From Octopus sinensis (lineage: Eukaryota), in NCBI RefSeq assembly GCF_006345805.1, contig NC_043015.1:49786001-49850000 (forward strand): a DNA stretch of 64,000 nucleotides. The letters run 5' to 3'. Numbering within the stretch: the first letter of the stretch is position 1; the number at the start of each line of letters is the position of its first letter. Below the pieces are notes generated by a model that worked only from the letters and a program-made list of their open reading frames with translations, searched no databases and was not told the origin of the DNA. The position numbers and the translations under genes were made by a program. Positions 39,931 through 54,289 of this stretch are shown here, one piece after another.

Positions 39931-40299
39931 TAGCAGTATCGCCCGGCGTTGCTCGGGTTTGTAAGGGAAATAACTATAAAGCATTTTTAGAGAGTTATAG
40001 CCAAAAATGGAAAAAAAATGATGGTAAATTTTTTTTTAGTTAAAAAGGTCGAGTTGCGTCCCCTAGACAGTCTGTGGTTTGTGTTTCCGATTCTCGACCC
40101 CATGTCGAATTTATCGATTATTTTCAGAACTGGGGGAACTTTCCAAAATTTTCGCTGCGTTAGTTTTGAATTATGACATTGGGCTATGTGTGTGTCAAGT
40201 TTCATCAGAATCGGTTGAAAGCCGTGGTCAGGGTGAGGGTACAACCTGACAGACACACAGACACGCACACAGACAAACTGCCGTTTATATATAGAGAGA
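39930..40299 (-). mobile_element. Non-autonomous Helitron, copy 1
   Basis: Minus strand starts A|TCTCTCTATATATAAA and ends with hairpin CCCGAGC-AAC-GCCGGG followed by CTAG|T. No TSD. Confidence 0.8.
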
Positions 40300-40332
<33 letters not shown>

Positions 40333-40360
40333 TTATTTATTTATATATATATATTATATA

Positions 40361-40525
40361 CTTTATTCAAAAGCAGCAGAAATTCAACAATTTCTGACGG
40401 GAACGTGAAACTCCGAGTAACAGGTTTTGTTGAATTTCTGCTGCTTTTAAATAAAGCATATTACTCTACCCTTGGTATTTGAGTACTCTTTTTTCCACCT
40501 TGTTTCACATTTATGTTTACTCCCG
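40361..40525 (+). mobile_element. Penelope-like pseudo-LTR remnant: 30-bp inverted repeat around a truncated hammerhead core
   Basis: Arms 40361-40390 and 40427-40456 are inverted copies with 1 mismatch. They flank CTGACGG..GAAA-CTCCGAG-TA and are followed by AATAAA and a short tail. Confidence 0.45.
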
Positions 40526-40579
<54 letters not shown>

Positions 40580-40586
40580 ATATATA

Positions 40587-40979
40587 CTAGCAGTATCGCC
40601 CGGCATTGCTCGGGTTTGTAAGGGAAATAACTATATAAGCATTTTTAGAGATGTAAAGTATAATAGCCATCTCAATATGGCTAACCACAAAGGGGGGGGG
40701 GTTACTGTAGCTTTTTACATTCTGAGATTTAATAATAAATTTTTAGAGAGTTACTTCCCTAATATATGCCCAAAATGCATTTAAAATGGGAAAAATTTAT
40801 GGTAATTTTTTTTTAAATCGTAGACTCATCGTAGACGCGCGCTAATACCCAGAAGGGCTCGATATGAATCACGACTATAAGATACCCGGTTTTGGTTAAA
40901 CTGCACCGCAAAATGTGGGAGTAGTTAGGAATCTAAATCGTAGCAGACAAACACACAACCTCTCTTTTATATATAAAGA
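40587..40979 (-). mobile_element. Non-autonomous Helitron, copy 2
   Basis: A|TCTTTATATATAAAAG 5' end. Shares the ~60-bp 3' hairpin+CTAG|T terminus with copy 1 but has a largely different interior. Confidence 0.8.
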
Positions 40980-41585
40980 TATCTGTGTGTGTGCGAGCAT
41001 GTGTGGGTATGTGCGTACATGTGTGCGTATGCCTGTATCTAAATGGCAAATAAGTGTGTGTGTGTGTGTGTGTGTGTGTGAGCGCGCTCACACGCGTGTT
41101 CTATATCACTTGACACTAGCGAATATGACATATATAATAGTATATATAAATGAGAGTAGCTACAATTATGAGAAACTCGTTGCATTGCCAATATATCGGA
41201 ATCAGATGGATGTCACCAGGCAGGCAAAATTGATCTACTTCTCAAAATCATTTTAAACTTCTCTCTTATCAGCTTTTCCTATTTAATTACGGGACGTTTC
41301 CTTCTTGTCATACAGCCATGTTTACGCTATAAATTTATTGTCTCATCATTTCAATGGATTTAATGTGCGGATGCGTAGGTTGAGATAAGGTAGGGGTGTA
41401 TATGCGAGCGCGTATATGCGAGCGCGTATGCGTATGTAGCGCGTGTTGTCGTGTGTGTATTGTGCGTAGATGAAGGTGCACGCACCCACGTACATACACA
41501 CTGAATATATATATGTATAATGTATAATATATATATATATATACACACACAAACCACACATATATATACAAGCATAAATATATAT

Positions 41586-41621
<36 letters not shown>

Positions 41622-41789
41622 CATACAAACAAATATATATATATATGGTGTGTGTGTGTGTGTGTGTGTGTGTATACATACACATAAATATTCATAGTAA
41701 CACAACTCGTGCCTTCACAGTAACAGACGCAAGCTCCAGGATATCACACACACACCACACACACACACACACACGACATATATATATAT

Positions 41790-41840
<51 letters not shown>

Positions 41841-42623
41841 GCATGCAAGTACACATACATATGAATAAACAAATTTTAACATGCTAATATATTTATTTAT
41901 GTCTATGTATATATATATATAAAAGTGTGTATGTGTGTGTATGTTATATATGTTTTATATATATATACATACGCACATATATATATACATATATATATAC
42001 ACACACACATATATATACACACACACATATATATACACACACACATATATACTTATATATACATATATATGTTTTACACACACATATATATATGTATATA
42101 TGTATTATATAGCGTGTAGATATCTTTTCTTTATGTTTTATATGTAAATCTACACATAGGTAAATACAGACACATAATCACTCACATATATATACACCCA
42201 CACACCGGATTCAAACCCATTCACAAACTCACATATGAACACACGCCTCAAAAAGACACACACACACACACGCACACACACACACTTATATATAGATGTA
42301 TGTGTGTGTTTGCGTGTTTGTATTTGTGTGTGAGTGTCTGTTTGTGTGTTGTGTGTGTGTGTATAGTCATCTGCATCCAACGCAAATACACATTACAATA
42401 CATGAATTGTGCCTTAACTGTGAACTCATTTCCTTTCTATCTTCTTTATATAGCTCCCCCCATTCAAATGAATGATGCAAGAAATTGCATATGGGGGCTG
42501 GCCGCCACTAATATGATGGCGGAAGAGAGGATATAGAGAAAAAGATAATATGAATGTCAGTGAGCGGAGTTCAGAATAATATTCATATGCTCATATGCAC
42601 ATGTGTGCATACATGTATAAATA

Positions 42624-42723
42624 NNNNNNNNNNNNNNNNNNNNNNNNNNNNNNNNNNNNNNNNNNNNNNNNNNNNNNNNNNNNNNNNNNNNNNNNNNNNN
42701 NNNNNNNNNNNNNNNNNNNNNNN
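42624..42723. other. Assembly gap (100 N)
   Basis: Exactly 100 Ns, typical of a scaffolding placeholder of unknown true size. Confidence 0.99.
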
Positions 42724-42914
42724 GCATGTAATACAGTGTAATATCATTTATATTCATATTCCAGATATAACTCAACCGTTTATAAATGCGATTCCATAAG
42801 CTTCATTCTTTAACTTACCTTTTTATACTCCGCGGCAAACAAGATATCTCTGGAATTTCAATTTGTACGAAGGGATTCTTTACGGCGTGTCTTTGAAAAT
42901 CCCTTTTTATCTGA

Positions 42915-43496
<582 letters not shown>

Positions 43497-45434
43497 GCAT
43501 ATCTGTACTCCATAGTTTGTAGTTGAGCAAATGCAGAGTATTTCATCCTCGTAATTATAATTTATGCGTATGTGATGCAGACATTTCTGTGTTTTCTCTG
43601 AACGTCTGCCTTGTGGAATGAAGACAGAGAAGAGAGAAAAGCAATTCGTGACGATCTTCTCGCGAGTGATTTCGTAGTTCTGGTGCATCGGATTTTTGGC
43701 TGCCTTCAGCTATTGTAGAAAGGTAGCGGCCATCTTGAATGAGCTTCATCACTGGATTTGCTCTCCTTCACTGAGGAAATGGTCGTACTGATTGATATAG
43801 GTGCATCGCTTCATCGTGGCGTGTTTCCACTCCTGCAAGGTGCATCGTGGAACTCAAATCTCAACGGTGGTCATAGCCGCTGCATCATCGTCACCGTCGT
43901 CGTCATCATCATCATCGTCATCATCATCCTCATCACCATCATCATCATCACCGTCGTCATCATCGTCATCATCATCACCGTTGTCGTCGTCATCATCATC
44001 GTCATCATCATCATCACGCCGGGCGAAATGCTTCCCGGCGTTTAGTCCGTCCTTATGTTCTGAGTTCAAATTCCGCCGAGGTCGACTTTACCTTTCATCC
44101 TTTTTAGTGTCGATAAAATAAGTACCAGTTGTGCACTGGGGCCAATGTAATCGACTATCTCCCATTCCCTCTTAATCCCCATCAAATTTCAGGCTTTATG
44201 CAAGCTGGCAGAACTGTTAGTGCGTCAGACAAAGTGCTTAACGACATTTCGTCCGTCTTTACGTTCTGAGTTCAATTCCGTTGGCGTCGACTTTGCTTTT
44301 CATCAATTTGTGATCGATAAAATAAGTACCAGTTGAACACTAGGACCAATACAATCGGCTTAACTCCTCACTTCAAAAACTACTGGCCCTGCGCCAAAAT
44401 TTGAATCCATTATTGAACATCTTAATACAGTTGAAAGCAGAATCGTCAGATCGTCCATCGGTAAAAAAAATATAATGAAATTCTTTAAGTTCTGGGTTCA
44501 AATCCTGTTGAGATCAAATTTAATTATCTGCCATGTGGAATCGATAAAATAAGTTCCAATCGACCATTCTCCTTCATATTTCTGGTCTTTAATTATTTCT
44601 ACTCTGGGCACAAGGCAACAGCGAGGTATTAACAGCTAGTTACCATGACAACTGCACGTTGTGTTGATTCTTCACATCACGCGATTCACTTCGCCCGCCT
44701 GTTTTGTTTCTAATTTTTCTGTGTCGTCGTATTTTACATGTTTCTCTGTTTCTCCACAAGTTCATGGTTTCATAGGAATAAGCGTGGAAAACTACACCAA
44801 TATAACCAATTTTCAGATTTTTTACTTCCTTTTACTTAAAAAATGCTGGTTTTGTGAATGAGACGAACTAAATACCAGATCTGCAGACACGCTGTTACTG
44901 CTGGTGGGACTTCGTTTACCTTACACAGGGACCACAATGACCAAGAGTTTCGATATACATCTATAACATCTAGAAATACCACATCATCAGTGTCCCTTCT
45001 TTGTCTACAGCTAAGCAGTAAAGAACTTCCATCCATGATCATTCCATCCTTATGTCTTTAGGCCGAGGATATTTAGGACTACATTATTTGTTGTGCTCTT
45101 CGAGTTGAATAAATGCAGCATTGTACAACATAGGTGAATCGTGGAATTTTGCTACCCTGCAACTCCTTATTCTGGCCCAAGTGGTAGAACGTCGAACAAA
45201 ATACCAAGTGGTATTTAGTTATAGCTCTTTTCGTTCGGTGTTCAAATCCCGCTGAATTTAATTTACTCTTTTTTTTTTTGGTTCCGAAGTAAATAAGCCA
45301 TCACGTTGTTCAACGACTGGGGTCGTTTTATATTTCTATAATGTATTCCTATTATGCATTCTATGTGTGAATGGAATTATTACATTTGGAGACAGATCGC
45401 ATACATTGTAATCATAAGATATCTGATGAAGTAA

Positions 45435-47260
45435 AGGTGACGAGCTTAGAGAAACGTTAGCACGCCATGTGAAATACTTAGCGGTATTTCGTCTGCCGTT
45501 ACGTTCTGAGTTCAAATTCCGCCGAGGTCGACTTTGCCTTTCATCCTTTCGGGATCGATTAAATAAGTACCAGTCTCGCACTGGAGTCGATATAATCGAC
45601 TTAATCCGTTTCTCTGTCCTTGTTTGTCCTCCTTGTGTTTAGCCCCTTGTGGGTTGTAAAGAAATAGGTGTTTCGTCGGCTGTTACGGTCTGAGGTCGAC
45701 TTTACCTTTCATCCTTTCGGAGTCGATTAAATAAGTACCCGTAACGCACTGGGGTCGATATAATCGACTTAATCCGTTTGTCTGTCCTTGTTTGTCCTCT
45801 CTGTGTTTAGCCCCTTGTGGGTAATAAAGAAACAGGTATTTTGTCTGTCTTTCCCTTCTGAATTCAAATTTCGCAAAGGTAAAATTCGCCTTCCATTCTT
45901 TCGAGAGGGGGAGGTCGATAAATTAAGTACCAGTTGCGTACTGGGGTCGATCTAATCGACTGACCCCTTCCCCAATATTTCAGGCCTTGTGCCCAGAGTA
46001 GAAAAGAAGATATCTTTGGATGAAGGCAGCGGTATTTCGTCTGTCTTTGCGTTCTGAGTTCAAATTCCGTCGAGGTCGACTTTGCTTTTCCTCCTTTCGG
46101 AGTCGATTAAATAAGTACCAGTTACGCACTGGGGTCGATATAATCGACTTAATCCATGTGTCTATCCTTGTTTGTCCTCTGTGTTTAGCCCATTGTGGGT
46201 AGTAAAGAAGTAGGTATTTCGTCTGTCTTTACGTTCTGAGTTTAAATTCCGTCGAGGTCGACTTTGCGTTTCATCCTTTCGGGGTCGATAAATTAAATAC
46301 CAGTTGCGTACTGGGGTCAAGCTAATTTACTGCAGCCCCACCCCCCAAAAAATTTGGGCTTTGCGCCTAGAGTAGAAAAGATATCTTTCGATGTCGTCAA
46401 TAGGGTTACGAGGGTGGGGAAGGGCAGTGGGGGGAGGGGGATTGTGATTAATTCGTTCCGATATCAACTTACCTGAGACCAATTACCTGAGAAAATGCCA
46501 AACATTATGATATGGCAAGCGAAGACACCTGGTCTAGTGGTTAGGGTGGTTGAGCTCACGGTCATTATTAGGTCGTGAGTTCGTTTCGCCGGACCGGGCG
46601 GCATGTTGTGTCCTTGAGCAAGCTACTTCATTTCACGTTGTTCCAGTACATTTAGCTAAAAATGAGTACCAGGGGCACAAGAAGGATTAATTTTACGGTG
46701 GGTAACCGTTCCGTTCAGGAAGGAGCAAGGATCTCGTACTTTCAGTTTTAGCGCTATGAAAATACTGATAAGCTCTGACCTCATTCACGGTACTATGGCG
46801 ATTGTCCATCTCTAAAGACCATGCCAATGATGGATTATGATTTGATACTATATGTTCTACAGTTCTATATTTAAGGCGTAGGAGTGGCTGTGAGGTAAGT
46901 ACCAGTTACGCACTGGGGTCGATATAATCGACTTAATCCGTTTGTCTCTCCTTGTTTGTCCTCTCTGTGTTTAGCCCCTTGTGGGTAGTAAAGAAATGGG
47001 TGTTTCGTCCGTCTTTACGTTTTGAGTTCAAATTCCGCCAAGGTCGACTTTGCCTTTTGGGGTCGGTAAATTAAGTACCAGTTGCGTACTGGGGTCGATC
47101 TAATCGACTGGCCCTCTCTCCCAAAGTTTCGGGCCCCTTGTGCCTAGAGTAGAAAAGAATATTTGTACAAAGCAAGGCGGCGACCTGGCAGAAACGTTAG
47201 CACGCCGGGCGAAATGCTTAGCGGCAACCTTTGAACTCAGGTTCAAATCCCGCCGAGAAC
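45435..47260 (+). mobile_element. SINE family A tandem cluster (with a family C copy at ~46520-46700)
   Basis: Multiple head-to-tail units joined at AAAGAAATAG|GTATTTCGTC. Confidence 0.85.
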
Positions 47261-48090
47261 AGCTTTATTTTTAATCCGATGAAAATAGAAAAACAGCGCA
47301 AGGTGACGGGATTGACGGAATTATTCGAGTGTTGGGCGAGAAGATACCTTGTGGTATTTGTTCCGTTTCTTTGCGCTCAGAATTTCTGGTGGGGAAGATT
47401 AGACTTAAGTCATCGCCCACTTTAAAACAACATCTCACCCTTTGCTGTCTCTTGTAAACATTTCAGTATAAGAACATTTTCAGTGTATCGACAGCTTCCT
47501 CTTTTCCCTTCTTCCCAGCAGCTTCGGAGTCCCTGGGGGAAAATAACAAAGGGCTATTGGAGCTGTTTCTTTCATCCTTGGTTAATGAGAAAAAATATTT
47601 TCATTTCCTTCCGCATATATTTTCCAGTTAAATCTCGAAGAAAAAAAAATTTAAGGGAGATAACTCCTGTTTCAAGGGAATGTACTCTGTATAGATTTTA
47701 TAAGAGTGATGTGCTCTTGCATATATTGGCACAAACGTTAATAAATTTCGGAAATGCATTTTTCTGGAAAGTAATTTATATCTGAGACCGTGTATTGAAA
47801 CTACAACAGTTACAGCGAGGAAGACACATGTATTAACCTTGAAAACAGACAAGGGCTGCCAACAGAAAGAATGAACAGCCATGAAAAAGGCGCTGGGTCT
47901 GTCAGATCACTTAGCAGCCGATTCTTGGCTGCTAACGATATAAATTTGTGTGCTTTTATGCACCATGCGCCCTTATGAGAGGTCCTCTCTAGGTAAATAA
48001 CGCAGAATCCGGAACTCTAACAATACATCTACTTTAAGTTGGATATAAAGATTGCTTTTTAGTTAATATTGCTTCTATCGCTAACAATTA

Positions 48091-48125
<35 letters not shown>

Positions 48126-48582
48126 ATATATATATATATATATTCCTTTATTCGTTTCAGTCATATAGTTACGGCCATGCAGGAGCACCACAGTGAACAT
48201 TAAGATGAAACATTAAAGATCAAGATAAATTAGATTCTACCAAAACGCCTGTTGGAAAATTTTAGATGACGTTTGTGTTTTGTTTTGTTTGTCGTGTGTG
48301 TGGGTGTGTGCGTGTCTGTGTGTGCGCGTGCGTGTGTGTGCGAGCGTGGTGTGTGTGTGGTGTGCGTGATGTGTGTGGTGTGTGTGTTGTGTGGCGTTTG
48401 TGTGTGGTGTGTTCGTGTGCGTTTGTGTGTGTGTGTGTATGTGTGTGTGAATGCCTGTCTTTGTGTTTGTGCTCGTCCATCACCACCACCACTACCACTT
48501 GACAACCGGTACTGGTTTGTTTACATCTCTGCCATTTAGCAGTTTGGCAAAAAGAGATCGACAGAAAATGTACAAGAATTTA

Positions 48583-48614
<32 letters not shown>

Positions 48615-51600
48615 TAATAATAACAAGTACATTGTAAATGTATGACTGAATTTCTTGATAAGGTGCAGGAGTGGCTGTGTGGTAAGTAGCTTGCTTCCCA
48701 ACCACATGGTTCCGGGTTCAGTCCCACTGCGTGGCACCTTGGGCTAGTGTCTTCTACTATAGCCTTCTATTATAGCCTCGGGCCAACCAAAGCCTTGTGA
48801 GTGGATTTGGTAGACGGAAACTGAAAGAAGCCTGTCGTATATATGTGCGTGTATATATATAGACGCAGGAGTGGCTGTATGGTAAATAGCTTGCCTGCCA
48901 GCCACATGGTTCCAGGTTCATTCCCACCACGTGGCACCTTGGGCAAGTGTCTTCTACTATAGCCTCAGAACGACCAAAGCCTTGTGAGTGGATTTGGTAG
49001 ACCGTAACTTAAAAGAAGCCTGTTGTATATATGTATAGGTATATATATGCATGCATATGTTTGTGTGTCTGCGTTTGTCCTCCAAACATCACTTGACAAC
49101 CGATGCTGGTGTGTTTATGTCCCTGTAACTTAGCAGTTTGGCAAAAGAGACCAATAAAATAAGTACTAGGCTTACAAAGAATAAGTCCTGGGGTCAAAAT
49201 TTGCTCGACTAAAGGCGGTGCTCCAGCATGGCCGCAGTCAAATGACTGAAACAAGTAAAAGAAAAAAAATATCTTGACATGTTGTACAACCCTTGTAAAT
49301 AAAAATATCTTTCGGCCGGTGCCTTCTGTAACCACTTCTCTGTGTAACCAAGTCCCAGATGTTCATTGTTTAACAGAATGGCAGATTCTTACCTCACTAA
49401 GAGAACAACTTGGAGTCTTTTACTTCAGGAAGGGCATCTGACAATAGAACACTCTTCTTGTTATTGTCATCTGATGCATGCAAACACGAGACATATAGAC
49501 GTTAAACCAACAACGATGATGATGATAATAAGGATGATGATGATGATGATGATGATGACAACAATATAAACATTTTGAAAAATTGTGTAAAAAATAATAA
49601 AACTTTATTACATTGTAACTGCTTTTGTTGTTTTTAGTAAAAGTTGGTGGGAAGAAAAGTTTCAACCTCAGACATTGTATAATAGAACACCCCTATTTAT
49701 AATACAAACACTAATTATGATACAAACAGTCCTAATTATGAGTTCACACCCCTAATTTTTATTTTGTTTTGGAGTAAAAAGTGCAAAATCACATAGAGTT
49801 GTTTTTTTTTTTTTTTGGTTTTATCAAAATGATAGGTGCTAGGGTTTTTAGGAAGGACTTTTTCTTTGTTTTTTGTTTTTCTGTTTTTTCTTTCTTTCTT
49901 TTCTTTCTTTTTTCTTTTTCAAACAGGAGACCAATTCTCCAAACGAGGTGTTGTGAACAGAATCAACGGAACCCTGCCACTGGACCCCCACCCTTGGATG
50001 AGTGTCTGACATTTTATTGGTCAATCTCTGTACAATGAAAGATGAAGCTGACTCCAACAGGATTTGAACCCAATGAGGATATAAATCAGAAGTAAATGCT
50101 AAGGATCTCAGCCACCACGCTACTCTCTCAGTCAACTACACCACCCTTATAACACCAGTTATTGAGTTCTTTCTTTAGCTAAAGTACAAAGGGTGTTTTT
50201 GCTTTTGTATTTGGTTTGAAAGATTCTTGGTGAAAGCACAAGTGTTGAAATAGATTTTGAAATAGATCTTGGTAGGGTCATTAATTAATAAACACACACA
50301 CTGGTTCAATTTCACTTACAATTCATTATTTATTTATCAATTGATTAACTATTTAACTAATCAACTAATTGATCACTTGATTAATTATTTGGTCAGTCAA
50401 ACTGACTGATTAATCAAATGATTAAACAAACAAATCATTAGTTAATTGGTTAAAAAGTTAACCAAATGACAAATAAAGAAGGAGTGGCTGTGTGGTAAGT
50501 AGCTTGCTTCCCAACTACATGGTTCCAGGTTCAGTCCCACTGTGTGGTACCTAGAGCAAGTGTCTTCTACTATTGCCCCGGACTGACCAAAGCCTTGTGA
50601 GTGGATTTGGCAGACAGAGACTGAAAGAAGGCTGTCATTTATGCGTGTGTGTGTATGTGTATGCGGTGTGTCCATGTGTGTGTGTATGTGTTATTGTGTA
50701 TGTGTTTACCCCACCACCACTACACATCAGGTGTTGGTTAGTGTATGTCTCCATGACTTAGTGGTTTGGCAAAAGCGATCAATAGAATAAGTACTAGGCT
50801 CAAAAAAAAATAATAAGTCCTGGGGTCGATTTGTTTGGTTAGAATTCTTCAAGGCAGTGCTCCAGCATGGCCACAGTCTAATAACTGAAACAAGTAACTG
50901 ACTAAAAGAATAAAAGGAAGTGAAATATAACCAGTGCATGTGTTTATTATTGATGTAATGACCTTCCCAAGATACAACAAAACAAAGGTTGTACATTTCA
51001 GAGGAAAGATGAAATAGGATGCTGTGGTTCTCATGCCTTCCTCAAACGTACTACAAGGATAAATGAAAATATCTTGCACCACCAAGAATTGAACCTGGGC
51101 CTGCAAGCTCAACTTCTCCTAGAGGGCTTCGTTCTTGTTCTGAATCATTCATTCTTTGCCGGTCCATTATTAAATACAGATTTTCTACAGTGGCACAAGG
51201 CCACATGTTTGAGGAAGGAGAAGAGGCACAGTCCATTGAAACCACCCCCCCAATATATAACTGGTACAGTTTCATCAACAAATGTGAGACAGATGAAGAA
51301 TGAAGAAACCTGCCTGCCTGCCTATGGAAGGACGTGAACTGAGAATGTGGAAGGATGGATCTAAATACAGCTGGCTATCAAACTTTGGGCTTTAACATTT
51401 TTGCCAGTCCATAGTCATTTACATATATGCCAACGTACGTACATATATACATATGTACATACATTCATATATACATACATTCATAAATACATGCATGCAT
51501 ACATGCAAACGTACATACATACATACAAGCATTCATATAATTATACATACATATATACATACATATATACATGCATACATATATACATGCATGCATGCAT

Positions 51601-51873
51601 ACATACATACAAACATTCACACATACATAAGTACATGCATACATACAGACAGACAGATAGACATACATACTTACATACATACATACATACATACAAACAT
51701 TCATACACATATATACATACATATAAGCATACATACATTCATACATACATACATACACATATTCATACACACATATACATACATATAAACATACATACAT
51801 ACATTCATACATACATACATACATACATACATACGTACATACATACATACATACACACATGCATGCATACGTA

Positions 51874-52091
51874 CAGGGTGGGCCAAAAGTCATGCACAAA
51901 AGAGATTCAATACATTCCGGAATTGTTGAAGACATGCTTCAATTTTTCTAAAATTGAATAAAAATTGAATGAAATAACGATGAATATACAAAGTCTTTGA
52001 GCATGATGAACAAAATGAATAATAATAACAATAATAATATAATGTAAATAAAATGGCGAATATTTTGGTGCATGACTTTTGGCCCACCTTG
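51874..52091. mobile_element. Tc1/mariner-type MITE
   Basis: TIR CAGGGTGGGCCAAAAGTCATGCAC / GTGCATGACTTTTGGCCCACCTTG, TA flanks. Confidence 0.85.
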
Positions 52092-52556
52092 TACAGACAT
52101 ACACATAAATGCACAGGGGTGGCATGAATACCTCCCATTATTTTGCATGGTTATTGCTCTGGTGCTAGCAAAGTCAGGCATCCATAAAGCTAATGTGACA
52201 ATGTTTATTTTTTCTCTCTAAGTTACCGTTGCCGTTTGAACGGCACCTCGCGTGGGTTTGTTGCTGTAACATTTCTCAGCCCATTAAAAAAAAATCAATG
52301 ATCTTTTTGCTACACCCTATCTGTACATGTGTGTGCGCATGCGTGTGTGTGAATGTGCATGTGCGTGCAGGGGTGGGTGAATCGATGGGTGGGTGTCGGC
52401 GTGATATATATATATATATATCCATGTGTATGTATTTCTATATATATATATGTATGTGTATGTGTCTTTGTGTGCATATATATATTATTTATATATATAT
52501 ATATATTATATATGCATATCTATATATGTTTGTATGTCTGTGTGTATTGGTGTGTG

Positions 52557-52630
<74 letters not shown>

Positions 52631-52803
52631 TATACTTAAATATATTAATATATATATATATAATATATATTATATATATATGTACGTATATTATATATAA
52701 AATATGGGTAACTAAGAATTCTTGAACAGTTTCTGATTTTCGGTTAAAAAAAAAAAAGGAACCAGCATTCAGAAAATGAGTTCCATAGAACCAGAGGAAT
52801 TGG

Positions 52804-53138
52804 TCATAACGAAGTTTCACGCCGTACAGTGATTGTAGAATTCCTTGGTTTGTGAGATTCGTAACACCCTTCTTGTCGAAGAAACCGTTCTGTATCCATT
52901 TGACCTTTAAGGAAATAGCTTCTTAATGTTTCTTTGGAAGGAGGAAACAACGCCTGGTGCATTCTACGGAAGTTCTTCCAGTTCACTTGGAAAGTTTGCT
53001 CTTTAAATGTCACAAATATGCCACGACCTAACTTGTCGGCGGACAAATGTCTTGCCATCCTGCAAAGGGGGAAACGTGGATGGTTCTTCCTTCGGAAAAT
53101 GATGGTAGGTTGTTGGTCCATCCGCCGTCCAAGTATTT
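52804..53138 (-). CDS. PNPLA4: PNPLA4-like terminal coding exon with an apparent 1-bp frameshift at ~53041
   Basis: Acceptor atttcatttcAG, then KYLDGGWTNNLP...GRTIHVSPFAGWQDICP (catalytic DGG). Homology continues in another frame as ADKLGRGIFV...NFRRMHQALFPPSKETLRSYFLKGQMDTERFL...RRETSL*. The exon is 335 bp, one base short of a multiple of 3. Confidence 0.85.
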
Positions 53139-53249
53139 CTGAAATGAAATATGCGAGGGATAAGAAAAATAAAAATAGCAACGAATGAGTGAAGATATAA
53201 CATTGTTCGACCAGCAATATACGAACTCTCCTTCAGCCTGTTCTCTATC

Positions 53250-53288
<39 letters not shown>

Positions 53289-53436
53289 CGCATGTGTATT
53301 GGTACGTGAATGTGTATGTGTATGTGCATGTGTGTGTGTACGAGTGTATACATGTGGAATCGAACTCGGAATAATATTCAGTAACCTGAACAATAATAAT
53401 AGTAATAATAATAATAATATGGAGGAGGAGGAGAAG

Positions 53437-53468
<32 letters not shown>

Positions 53469-53721
53469 GAAGAAGTAGAAGAAGAAGAAGAAGAAGAGAC
53501 TTTCTCTTTTTGAAGAAGAAGAAGAAAGAAGAAGAAGAAGAAAAAGAAGAAGAAGAAGAAGAAGAAGAAGGAGGAGGAGGCATTAGTGGTTGGCATTAGG
53601 AAGGGCAACCAGCTGCAGAAACCAAGTCAAAACAGAGACTGGAGCACAATGCAGTCTTTGGACTCATTAGATTCTTATTTTTAGAATATATCTACATATA
53701 TATTTATATATCTATGTGTAT

Positions 53722-53759
<38 letters not shown>

Positions 53760-53768
53760 ATATATGAA

Positions 53769-54228
53769 GACCCGACAAATAATGTGAGTTCATGGCTGTT
53801 TCCTGCACCAGCTTCACATACAAGCCCCAGCCCTTCCAAAGTGCCTTGGATTGTAGGGCAACCTATTGAGTCAAGTACATCAGCATCAAAATTCAAATGG
53901 AAATTGTGGTTGCGATACCTGTGCTGGTGGCATGTAAAATGCACCATCCGTACGTGGCCGATGCCAGTGCCGCCTTGACTGGCTTCCGTGCCAGTGGCAC
54001 GTAAAAAGCACCAACCGATCGTGGCTGTTGCCAGCCTCCCCTGGCACGTAAAAAGCACCCACTACACTCACGGAGTGGTTGGCGTTAGGAAGGGCATCCA
54101 ACAGTAGAAACACTGCCAGATCAGACTGGAGCCTGGTGCAGCCTCCTGGCTTCCCAGACTCCAGTCGAACTGTCTAACCCATGCTAGCATGGAAAACAGA
54201 CGTTAAACGATGATGATGATGATGATGA
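53769..54228 (+). mobile_element. Retroposon family E with internal GGCACGTAAAAAGCACC repeats and a (GAT)n tail
   Basis: Shared 3' end TTAGGAAGGGCATCC...GCATGGAAAACAGACGTTAAA(C)GATGATG. Other copies at about 56505-56955(-), 59725-59895(-), 62320-62713(+). Confidence 0.8.
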
Positions 54229-54289
54229 CATATAGATCACTAGCTACTATGCCTTTTTCTATTTTCCCACCCTGTTTATTTCTGTGCTC

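Noticed and set aside
45435-46380. Regularly recurring repeats superficially like a CRISPR array
   Set aside because: Eukaryotic context; the units are ~180-bp SINE multimers without unique spacers, and there are no cas genes.
52204-52209. AATAAA on the minus strand as the PNPLA4 poly(A) signal
   Set aside because: Plausible, but such hexamers are frequent in this AT-rich DNA; it cannot be supported without transcript data.
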